Below, one piece after another: positions 35,181 through 42,521 of a stretch of DNA of 48,098 bases (position 1 is the stretch's first letter; each line of letters starts with the position of its first letter). The notes below the pieces were generated by a model. The model was not told the DNA's origin. It ran no database searches and worked only from the letters and a program-made list of their open reading frames with translations. The translations under genes were made by a program, and so were the position numbers. The stretch comes from Myxococcales bacterium (GTDB lineage: Bacteria > Myxococcota_A > Polyangia > DRWM01 > JAAZOP01): assembly GCA_012797735.1 (NCBI GenBank), contig JAAZOP010000458.1:1-48098 (forward strand), read 5' to 3'.

Positions 35181-36100
35181 TCGGTCCCGTGCGGCGCCTC
35201 GCCCGCTTCCCGCCCCGCGGCGCGCTCGTCGCGCTGCTCGCCGCGACGGCGCTGGCCGCCGCCGGACGGGCCTCGGCGCGCGGCACCGGCCCTGACCCGC
35301 TCGGCCCCGCCTACGAAGCCCTCGACGCACTCGACTACGAAGAGGCGCTCCAACGACTGGAGAGCGTGCTGGCGCGGACCGACCTCTCCGCGGAAGACCG
35401 GAACCGGGCGTTGGAGATGGAGGCGGCCTGCCGCGTCTACCTCGGCGACCGCGAGGCCGCCCTCGCCGGCTTCGCCGCGCTGCACCGCCGCGACCCCGGC
35501 TGGCGGCTCTCGGACGACTACCCGCCGCGCGTGCGCGCCGTCTACGAAGAGGCGTTCCGCCAGCCGCGCGAACCGATCCGCGTGGAGATCCGCCCCCTCC
35601 CGGGACCTGCCGTCCGCCAGGGGGTGCTGACGGTCCAGATCGAAAGCGGCGCCGACGCCATCGACCGGCTGTGGCTCGTCGTCCCGCGCCCCGCCGGCGA
35701 AGAGGAGGTGCGCCGGCTGTTCGTCGCCGCCGGCCCGTCGTTCGAGGCGCGCCTGCCGGAGGACCTGGTGCGCGAGGGCCGCCCGATCGACTACGTGATC
35801 GAGGCCCACGCGCCCTCGGGCCACGTGCTGGCCCGGCGCAACGACCGCTGGACCGCCGAACCGCCGCCCGTGGAGCCGGGCCCACAGACCTTCCCGCCGG
35901 CCTTCCCGCCCCCGCCTCCTCCACCCCTGCCGCCGGACGACGAGGACGAGGTCGAACCCGCCTGGTACCAGAGCTGGTGGTTCTGGACGATCGTCGGCGT
36001 CGCGGCGGGCGGGGCCGCCGCCACGGGCATCTACTTCGGCGTCGCGGGAACCGGGGACGGCCCGCGCGACGGCAGCGGCGGAAACTGGGTGGTCTGGTGA
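35177..36100 (+). CDS. hypothetical exported/membrane-anchored protein (307 aa)
   Basis: The GTG overlaps the activator stop (GTGA 35177-80), with GGAGGAGGAG immediately upstream (alternative GTG at 35189). Signal ALVALLAATALAAAG, TPR-like helix pair, poly-Pro stretch, C-terminal TM WWFWTIVGVAAGGAAATGIYFGV. Confidence 0.65.
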   Translation: MIGPVRRLARFPPRGALVALLAATALAAAGRASARGTGPDPLGPAYEALDALDYEEALQRLESVLARTDLSAEDRNRALEMEAACRVYLGDREAALAGFAALHRRDPGWRLSDDYPPRVRAVYEEAFRQPREPIRVEIRPLPGPAVRQGVLTVQIESGADAIDRLWLVVPRPAGEEEVRRLFVAAGPSFEARLPEDLVREGRPIDYVIEAHAPSGHVLARRNDRWTAEPPPVEPGPQTFPPAFPPPPPPPLPPDDEDEVEPAWYQSWWFWTIVGVAAGGAAATGIYFGVAGTGDGPRDGSGGNWVVW

Positions 36101-36570
36101 ACCGCGCTCGCCGCCACGCTTGGCTCCCGCTCGCGCTGCTCGCCGCGACCTCGCCCGCGTGCGCTCCCGACCGCACGGCGCTGCTCGTCCACGTCTGCCT
36201 CGACGTGCAGGTGCCCGACGACGTCGTCTTCGTGCGCCTCGTCGTCGATCACGTGTCGCGCCCCGACGTCGCCCATGTGTTCCGCCTCCCCGCGGGCGCG
36301 CGGTTCGTCACCTTCTCGATCCGGCCGGGCGACGATCTGCTCGTACCGGAGGACTTCCTGCTCTCGGCCGTGGGACTGGACGCCTACGGTCACCAGCGCG
36401 TCGCGCGGACCGTGCGCACGTGGTTCGAGCCGGACGTCGACCGCGACGTGGCCTTGACCCTCGAGGCGGCTTGCCTGGGACGGAACTGCACGCACGGCGA
36501 GACGTGCCAGTCCGGCATCTGCGTCCCGATCCCGACCGTCGACAACTCGCGGTGCCCCGGAGAACCGTAG
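36097..36570 (+). CDS. hypothetical small exported protein (157 aa)
   Basis: The GTG overlaps the previous stop (GTGA 36097-100). Signal WLPLALLAATSPAC. C-terminal CLGRNCTHGETCQSGICVP knot-like motif. Confidence 0.6.
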   Translation: MNRARRHAWLPLALLAATSPACAPDRTALLVHVCLDVQVPDDVVFVRLVVDHVSRPDVAHVFRLPAGARFVTFSIRPGDDLLVPEDFLLSAVGLDAYGHQRVARTVRTWFEPDVDRDVALTLEAACLGRNCTHGETCQSGICVPIPTVDNSRCPGEP

Positions 36571-36586
36571 TTCGCGACCCGAAATG

Positions 36587-36635
36587 GAACCGGGGCTGCG
36601 ACCGGCGGGCACGACGCCGATCGCAGCCCCGGTTC
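36587..36635. terminator. long perfect hairpin between convergent genes (bidirectional terminator candidate)
   Basis: GAACCGGGGCTGCGA (36587-36601) and TCGCAGCCCCGGTTC (36621-36635) form a 15-bp perfect stem. An inner CGGCG/CGCCG stem caps it with a 7-nt loop. The leftward flank gives ATTTC on the minus-strand transcript. Confidence 0.5.
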
Positions 36636-36660
36636 GAATCGCGGGGCAGCGCGTCGTCTG

Positions 36661-37710
36661 CTACGAGGCGCACTGATCCCACTGGATCAGCGCCCCGCCG
36701 CCACAGCCGGTGGGAGCTCCGGCCGCGGAATACCAACCCTCGCTCCGGGAACCGACCGCACCGCACTCGGCCTCGGCCCCGTCGCACTGCGCGAAACAGA
36801 TCAGCCGGCCCGTGCACCCGTCGTACCACCCCTCGCTGCGGGTGCCGAGCGCCCGGCAGACCGGCTTGCATTCGGCCTCGGGCAGGCAGCACATCACCCC
36901 GACCAGCCCCTCGGGGCCGCACGGGTACTCCTCGGCGTCCGCGGGCGCCGTCCCCGCCGGGCAGGCGTCCGGGACCACCGCCACGCAGCTCCCGCCCGCC
37001 AGCTCGCACGGGTTGGGCGGGTTGTCGGGAAGGCAGCACATCAGCCCGAGCGCTCCGTCGGCACCGCAGGTGTATCGCGCCGCGTCCGCCGGCGTCGTCC
37101 CGGCCGGACACCCCGCCGGCGTCAGCGCCAGGCAGTTTCCCCCGGCGTCCTCGCAGGCCATCGCCGGCGGCGTGCAGTCGTACGCGCAGACGTTCGCCTC
37201 GCAGGTCCACAGCCCGAGGCACCGCGGCGTGATCAGGTTCTGCTCGGTGCAGTCGTCCGGCACCCCGCACCACGCCTCCGGGGACGCCGTCATGTCGAAC
37301 CAGGTGTCGGTGTACGTCCGGCGCAGGCTCAACGTCTCCCCGTCGAACGTGTAGGCGTAGCGACCGGCATCGCGGCCCGCGGCATCCTGGAACCGGATGT
37401 ACAGCCGATGCCCCGACCGCGTGTACTTGTACGTCCCATCCAGCGCCACTGGATAGCAGGGCGCCGCGAAGCAGTAGACCATCGTCTCGGAATGGAACGT
37501 CTTGTCGGTCTTCAGCACCAGGAGCGTGAACTGCCCGGCCTGCGCTTCCGCCAGCCGGAACGTCCCCACCGGACGCTCCACCCCGTCCTCCTTGCCCCGC
37601 AGGTCCTCCTCGTCCGGCAGCGAATCATCCGCTCCGTCCGCAGCCGGCGCCGTGCAGCCGGCCAGCAGCAACGGGATCCACCCGATGCAATGCATCCGTG
37701 CGCGAGTCAT
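36661..37710 (-). CDS. Cys-rich lipoprotein (349 aa) with internally duplicated modules
   Basis: ATG 37710 after GGGGAGGA. Signal WIPLLLAGC. Duplicated 43-aa unit C-E-x-AGG-x-C...CPAGT-x-PADA...MCCLP (aa 186-228 and 235-277). Duplicated C-x-A-x-G-x-RSEGWY. Confidence 0.75.
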   Translation of the reverse strand: MTRARMHCIGWIPLLLAGCTAPAADGADDSLPDEEDLRGKEDGVERPVGTFRLAEAQAGQFTLLVLKTDKTFHSETMVYCFAAPCYPVALDGTYKYTRSGHRLYIRFQDAAGRDAGRYAYTFDGETLSLRRTYTDTWFDMTASPEAWCGVPDDCTEQNLITPRCLGLWTCEANVCAYDCTPPAMACEDAGGNCLALTPAGCPAGTTPADAARYTCGADGALGLMCCLPDNPPNPCELAGGSCVAVVPDACPAGTAPADAEEYPCGPEGLVGVMCCLPEAECKPVCRALGTRSEGWYDGCTGRLICFAQCDGAEAECGAVGSRSEGWYSAAGAPTGCGGGALIQWDQCAS

Positions 37711-37769
37711 CGTTCCGTCCTCCCCGCCGGTGCGCTTCGAAGGCGCCGTCACCGGCGGCAAGGCGGCAA

Positions 37770-37786
37770 AGCAAGGCCCGTGCCGG
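37770..37786 (-). promoter_or_regulatory. sigma-54 (RpoN) -24/-12 promoter candidate for the 36661..37710 lipoprotein gene
   Basis: The minus strand reads 5'-CCGGCACGGGCCTTGCT-3', i.e. cGGCACG-N4-TTGCT against TGGCACG-N4-TTGCW. Spacing is correct. The site is intergenic, about 60 nt upstream of ATG 37710. Confidence 0.6.
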
Positions 37787-37950
37787 CCGGCCCGCACGAC
37801 GCGGTTCCGGAACGACTGGGAATTCGGTCGGCACCCGAGTCCGGCCTGGGGTCCGGAGCCCCCGGTCGGGGGGCGACATCACCCCACGGAGCATGCAGGC
37901 GCACGACACCCGCGAGGCGACCGGCCCGGAAGCTTGCATGCGGCGACCGA

Positions 37951-38895
37951 TCAGCCGGGATTGCGCGGGTCGTCACAGAACGACGGACCGCCGCCCTCGG
38001 GAGTGATGCAGGTCCAATGCCCGCACTGCCCCGCCCACGGACTCGTTTCGCCCTCCACCGCGTTCCACCGGCAGTCCCGCTGCAAGGAGCACGGCCGAGC
38101 GCAGTACAACACGGTGATCGTGGACCCCAGCACCTCGGCGGTCGCCGCGCGCGGAACGTAGCCCGACGGACACTCGAACCGCTCCGCGCTGCCGAAGTGC
38201 GGAATCATCGAGCAGACCGCGTCCGCGCCGTCGCACACCACCGCCATCCACGTGCAGTACCCCTCCGCCGCGCGGATTTCCAGCGGCCATCCGAACGCGC
38301 TCAAGGTCCGGAAACACGTGATCCGTGCGACTCCGTCGACCGGCTCCGGCACGGACTCGCACCCTTCGAACCTCCCGGCGCTGAAGTCGTAGTCGTTGCA
38401 GTCGGCGACGCACCGGCACGGCGCGCCGATGCCGTGGTCGTTGGCCGTGCACGAGGTGGTGCACTCGTCGAAGCTGTCCAGGTTCCCGTCGTCGCACGCC
38501 TCGCCCGGGTCGAGCCGACCGTCGCCGCACGTCTGGAGTCGCAGCGAGCAGTCGGACAGGCAGGCTCGCTCGAGGTCGCCGCCGCACCATTCGGTTTCGG
38601 TATCGCCGTCGTCGCACACCTCGTCCGGGTCGACGATGCCGTCGCCGCAGGCGGCCGGCGCGTCGGGTCGCCCGTCGGCCGGCGCGTCGTCCGATCCCCC
38701 GGCCTCGGCGTCGCCGCCCGCATCCGCACCGTCCGCCTCGACCGCCGCGTCGCCGCCGTCGTCGCCGCCGGTGCCCTCGACGACGACGTCCGCCTCGCCG
38801 GTCCCCGCATCGTCCGCCGCGGCCGACCAGTCGTGTCCGCAGGCCGCCCCGAGCGTTCCCCAGAGCGCGATCAGCCAAGCCTTCCTGCCGCGCAT
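37951..38895 (-). CDS. lipoprotein with two Myxococcus-type cysteine-rich repeats (CGDG..D.GE.CDDGN)
   Basis: ATG 38895 (GGGAGA upstream). Signal LIALWGTLGAAC, D/A/G linker, CGDGIVDPDEVCDDGD and CGDGRLDPGEACDDGN repeats, then an uncharacterised Cys-rich C-terminal domain. Confidence 0.75.
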   Translation of the reverse strand: MRGRKAWLIALWGTLGAACGHDWSAAADDAGTGEADVVVEGTGGDDGGDAAVEADGADAGGDAEAGGSDDAPADGRPDAPAACGDGIVDPDEVCDDGDTETEWCGGDLERACLSDCSLRLQTCGDGRLDPGEACDDGNLDSFDECTTSCTANDHGIGAPCRCVADCNDYDFSAGRFEGCESVPEPVDGVARITCFRTLSAFGWPLEIRAAEGYCTWMAVVCDGADAVCSMIPHFGSAERFECPSGYVPRAATAEVLGSTITVLYCARPCSLQRDCRWNAVEGETSPWAGQCGHWTCITPEGGGPSFCDDPRNPG

Positions 38896-39138
38896 GCCGA
38901 TCTCCCGCTTCCTGGGCGACATCATGAACGGTCCAGCGGCGCGCGTCCAGCCCCCGCGCCGCGCGGGAGCGCTCGAGCAGGGAGGCGCAAGACGCCTCCC
39001 GGCCGCTGGGTGCCCCGGCAAGACCGTGGTCCGGGACGGCGGAGTCGCGGCGGCATTCCGGCGTGGACGCCGCCGCCCGGCTCGCGTAGTCTGTCGCGAC
39101 GGCGAGCCGCGTCGCCCGCCGCGACGCGAGGAGCATGC

Positions 39139-40947
39139 ATGCCGGAACGGCACCGAACGCGAACCGCAAGCACCAGGTCCGTCCGTGTCGGGACGCCCAT
39201 CCTGCTGGCTCTGGTCCTGGCCGGCGTCGCCTGCCACGGCGACGATGCGACGACGACCGACGGCGGCGACACGGTCGACGCTCCGGCCTGCCCCGAGCTG
39301 TCCCCGTCCGCGACGACCGTCGGCGGCGAGACCTGCGCCGTCGAAGGGGCCTTCGACTGCCCGCACGCGGTGACCTGCGGCGGCGGCGGCGGGAGCGACA
39401 CGACGGAGCGCTGCCGCTGCGCGGGCGGCCGCTGGGTCTGCGGCATCGTGCCCTGCACGGCGCCCGAGGTCGGCGTGGCCCAGGGAGTGATCCGCGGCGC
39501 CGCCGACGGCCCGGTGTACCGTTTCCTCGGGATCCCCTACGCCCGGCCGCCGGTGGGCGAACTGCGCTGGCGGGCGCCGCAGCCGCTTCCGCCCGCCCGC
39601 GATCGGCTGGAGGCGCTCGAGTTCGGCCCCGGCTGCATGCAGACCCGCAGCATCATGACCGAGGCCGCGGTCCTCGACGAGGACTGCCTGACGCTCAACG
39701 TGTGGGCGCCGTCCGATCCAGGGCCGCATCCGGTGATGGTGTTCATCCACGGCGGCGGCTTCAACACCGGCGCCTCGTGCAACTCGATCTACGACGGGTC
39801 CGTCCTGGCGCGACGTCACGGCGTCGTCCTCGTCACCTTCAACTACCGCCTCGGCCCGCTCGGCTTCCTCGCCCACCCGCGGCTCACCGCCGAGGACCCG
39901 GCCCACCCGGCTTCGGGCGGCTGGGGCTTCGAGGACCAGCGGGCGGCGCTGGAGTGGGTCCGCGACAACATCGCCGCGTTCGGCGGGGACCCGGCCGACG
40001 TCACGCTGTTCGGGCAGTCGGCCGGCGGGCTGGCCGTCTGCGCGCATCTCGTCTCGCCGCGCAGCGCCGGCCTGTTCCGCCGGGTGGCGATGCAGAGCGG
40101 CCCCTGCTTCGAACTGTTCTCGACGCTGGAACAGGCGGAGGCGCAGGGCGAGGCGTTCGCCGCGGCGCTCGGCTGCGACACCGCCCCCGACCCCCTCGCC
40201 TGCCTGCGCGCCAAGCCCGCCGCCGAGATCCTCGGCGCCCTCCCGCTGCGTCTGGGGATGTTCTTTGGCGAGGGGGCGCTCTGGGCGCCGGTGATCGACG
40301 GCTGGAACCTCGCCGCCGAGCCGTCGCACGCGGTGCGGGACGGCGGCCCCCGCGACCTCGAAGTGCTGCTCGGCTCCAACGGCCGCGAGGGGAGCCTGAT
40401 CCGCATGATGACCTATCCCACCGGCCTGACGGCAGACGCCTACGAGGACTTCGTCGAGCTGGTCTTCGGGGAGCACGCCGCCGCGGTGCTGGACCGCTAC
40501 CCGGTCTCCGCCTACGGCTCGGTGGAGGACGCCCTGGACGATGCCATCGGGACGTTCGCCTTCGTCTGCCCGACCCGCCGCACCGCCCGTGCGCTCACCG
40601 CCGCCGGCGCGCGGGTCTACCTCTACCGCTTCCTGCACGCGCCGGGCTACCTGCCGTTCCCCGACATGGGCTCGTACCACACCGCCGAACTGCCCTTCGT
40701 CTTCGGCACGCCGCCCGCCGGACGCAGCTTCAGCCCCGAAGAGCAGGCCCTGGCCGACGCCATGGTCGGCTACTGGGGCCGTTTCGCCGCGGACGGCGCC
40801 CCGGGCGGATCGGGCGCGGCGGCCTGGCCGTTGCACGAGGCGGCTGCAGACCCCCACCTGAGCCTCGACGTGTTCGCGATCGGCGCCGCCGCCGGCTACC
40901 TCCCCGACGACTGCGACTTCTGGGACGCCCTGCCGGTCCAGCCGTGA
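39139..40947 (+). CDS. type-B carboxylesterase/lipase (PnbA-like) with lipoprotein signal and N-terminal Cys-rich module
   Basis: ATG 39139 after GAGGAG. Signal ILLALVLAGVAC. FLGIPYARPPVGELRW, EDCLTLNVW, FIHGGGF, and the nucleophile elbow GQSAGG. Confidence 0.9.
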   Translation: MPERHRTRTASTRSVRVGTPILLALVLAGVACHGDDATTTDGGDTVDAPACPELSPSATTVGGETCAVEGAFDCPHAVTCGGGGGSDTTERCRCAGGRWVCGIVPCTAPEVGVAQGVIRGAADGPVYRFLGIPYARPPVGELRWRAPQPLPPARDRLEALEFGPGCMQTRSIMTEAAVLDEDCLTLNVWAPSDPGPHPVMVFIHGGGFNTGASCNSIYDGSVLARRHGVVLVTFNYRLGPLGFLAHPRLTAEDPAHPASGGWGFEDQRAALEWVRDNIAAFGGDPADVTLFGQSAGGLAVCAHLVSPRSAGLFRRVAMQSGPCFELFSTLEQAEAQGEAFAAALGCDTAPDPLACLRAKPAAEILGALPLRLGMFFGEGALWAPVIDGWNLAAEPSHAVRDGGPRDLEVLLGSNGREGSLIRMMTYPTGLTADAYEDFVELVFGEHAAAVLDRYPVSAYGSVEDALDDAIGTFAFVCPTRRTARALTAAGARVYLYRFLHAPGYLPFPDMGSYHTAELPFVFGTPPAGRSFSPEEQALADAMVGYWGRFAADGAPGGSGAAAWPLHEAAADPHLSLDVFAIGAAAGYLPDDCDFWDALPVQP

Positions 40948-40997
40948 GCCGCTCCGGCGGGCGCCGGACGGTCCGCGCTCCGGCGACGGCGTGCGAA

Positions 40998-41025
40998 GCC
41001 GGCAGGTCCGGGACGCCCTGCCGGC
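40998..41025. terminator. hairpin between convergent genes (terminator candidate)
   Basis: GCCGGCAGG (40998-41006) - 10-nt loop - CCTGCCGGC (41017-41025). No U-tract. Confidence 0.35.
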
Positions 41026-41052
41026 CCGCCGGCGCCGTCTCCTCCGCCCGGC

Positions 41053-41739
41053 CTACAGGTCCAGCTCCTGCTGGCCCAGCACCAGCGAGGCCTTGCGGTC
41101 GCCGTTGCGCGCCCGGACGTCGTCCAGGAGCTTCGTCGGGCTGATTCCGCGGCGCAGCACCACCGAGTACACGGCCTCCTTCGCCTCGCCGCCCCGCACG
41201 GTCTCCAGCGAGATGATGTTCGCCTCCTTCGCGTACCGCTCGAAGATCTCGCCCAGCAGTTCGTCCGGATTCGCCTCCCCCGGCACCTCGACCAGCAGGA
41301 TCCGCTCGTGGACCACCTTGGCGAACACGCGCAACCGGCTGAGCAGCACGATCACGCCGGCGATCCAGATCGTCGCGAAGACCGCCAGCATGTAGAACCG
41401 CGTGCCGCAGGCCATCCCCACGGCGAGCGTCGCGAAGATGAAGCCGACGTCGCGGGTCTCCTTGAGCGCGTTGCGGAAGCGGATGATCGAGAGGGCGCCG
41501 ACCAGCGTGAAGGCGCGGGCGATGTTCGACCCGACGATCAGCATCAGCAGCGCCACCACCACGCACAGCAGGACCAGCGTGTGGACGAACCCCTGGGAGT
41601 ACGACACGCCCCGGTGGGTCGCGCGGTAGACGAAACCCATCACCAGCCCGAGCACGAAACTCAGTCCGAGCACCAGGGCGACGTCGAGCAAGGCGAAGGT
41701 TCCCGTGAAATCGGTCAGCTGGCTCAGAAAATCGTCCAT
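41053..41739 (-). CDS. DUF4956 family membrane protein
   Basis: ATG 41739 after GAGGAG. About 4 TM helices, with the characteristic GALSIIRFRNALKETRDVGFIFATLAVGMACG stretch, then a C-terminal soluble domain. Confidence 0.85.
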   Translation of the reverse strand: MDDFLSQLTDFTGTFALLDVALVLGLSFVLGLVMGFVYRATHRGVSYSQGFVHTLVLLCVVVALLMLIVGSNIARAFTLVGALSIIRFRNALKETRDVGFIFATLAVGMACGTRFYMLAVFATIWIAGVIVLLSRLRVFAKVVHERILLVEVPGEANPDELLGEIFERYAKEANIISLETVRGGEAKEAVYSVVLRRGISPTKLLDDVRARNGDRKASLVLGQQELDL

Positions 41740-42521
41740 CGCTCCTCGCTTCCTCGCCGCGCCACGGCCCGCTCGCCCCGCCGCGCGGCCTCGATCCGCC
41801 GGAGGCCCGCGGCCACCGACAGACAGTACTTGCTCACCCGCTGGAGCTGGCACTCGTGGCGCGCCACCAGCGACGTGGCCCAGTCGGGCACCCGGTCGTC
41901 GACCTTGATCTCCATCACCACCGCCGTCTCCGGCAGCAGCGGCCGGCAGCGCGCCGGCGCCGCCAGGTCCAGCGCGGTGGTCCGCCCCGCGACCCGCGTG
42001 TCGAACGTCAGCCGCATCCCCCGCTCGTACCGACTGCCGACGAACGCCCGCCGCCGATACGTCACGATGCAGGTCGGGCGCAGCCGCAGCGCGCGCACCA
42101 TGTACTGGATCTCCGAGCCGGCGGCGACGTCGGCGGCGTCGCCCCCCGCCACGGCGTCCCGGACGCCCGCGCAGTGTTCGAGCGCCGCGCGGAGCGGCAG
42201 GACGACCCGGCGCTTCTGCACCGTCTGGTTCATCCGCTGCTTGATCTCCACGAACGCCGGCGTCGTCTCGTCGACCCCCCGCACCCCCGGGTAGACGCGG
42301 ATGCGGAGCTTGCGCCGGTACCGCAGGCCGTCCAGCTTCGCGCGGTAGAAGTGCAGGTCCGGACTGTCGTAATACAGGCTGGTCACCCGGTACCCGCCGT
42401 CGGCGTCCGCATGTTCGTCCGGCGCCATGAAGTGCAGCAGGTCCCGCACCAGCGGCTCCACCTGCCGCACGTGCAGCACGTACTTCAGCTCGTAGCGGTT
42501 GAACCGGCGCACGGTCGTCAT
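41724..42521 (-). CDS. VTC-domain (polyphosphate-polymerase-like triphosphate tunnel) protein
   Basis: ATG 42521 after GGGAGGGGG. FNRYELKY (ExK tunnel motif), YRVTSLYYDSPD, RRKLRIRVY, FVEIKQR, VMEIK strands typical of VTC/CYTH-like tunnels. The 3' end overlaps the DUF4956 start by 16 nt. Confidence 0.85.
   Translation of the reverse strand: MTTVRRFNRYELKYVLHVRQVEPLVRDLLHFMAPDEHADADGGYRVTSLYYDSPDLHFYRAKLDGLRYRRKLRIRVYPGVRGVDETTPAFVEIKQRMNQTVQKRRVVLPLRAALEHCAGVRDAVAGGDAADVAAGSEIQYMVRALRLRPTCIVTYRRRAFVGSRYERGMRLTFDTRVAGRTTALDLAAPARCRPLLPETAVVMEIKVDDRVPDWATSLVARHECQLQRVSKYCLSVAAGLRRIEAARRGERAVARRGSEERWTIF

Noticed and set aside
36631-36640. GGTTCGAATC, identical to the canonical tRNA T-loop sequence
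   Set aside because: Flanking bases cannot form a 5-bp T-stem or a cloverleaf on either strand. The motif is part of the right arm and flank of the 15-bp terminator-like hairpin.
37930-37941. AAGCTTGCATGC, identical to the HindIII-SphI edge of the pUC polylinker
   Set aside because: The match is only 12 nt and diverges immediately on both sides. It is a chance match in the intergenic region, not vector contamination.
37408-39138. N-terminal 577 codons of the 1179-aa ORF that ends as the carboxylesterase
   Set aside because: This stretch runs antisense through two well-supported minus-strand genes and the intergenic region. The esterase has its own SD, ATG and lipoprotein signal at 39139.
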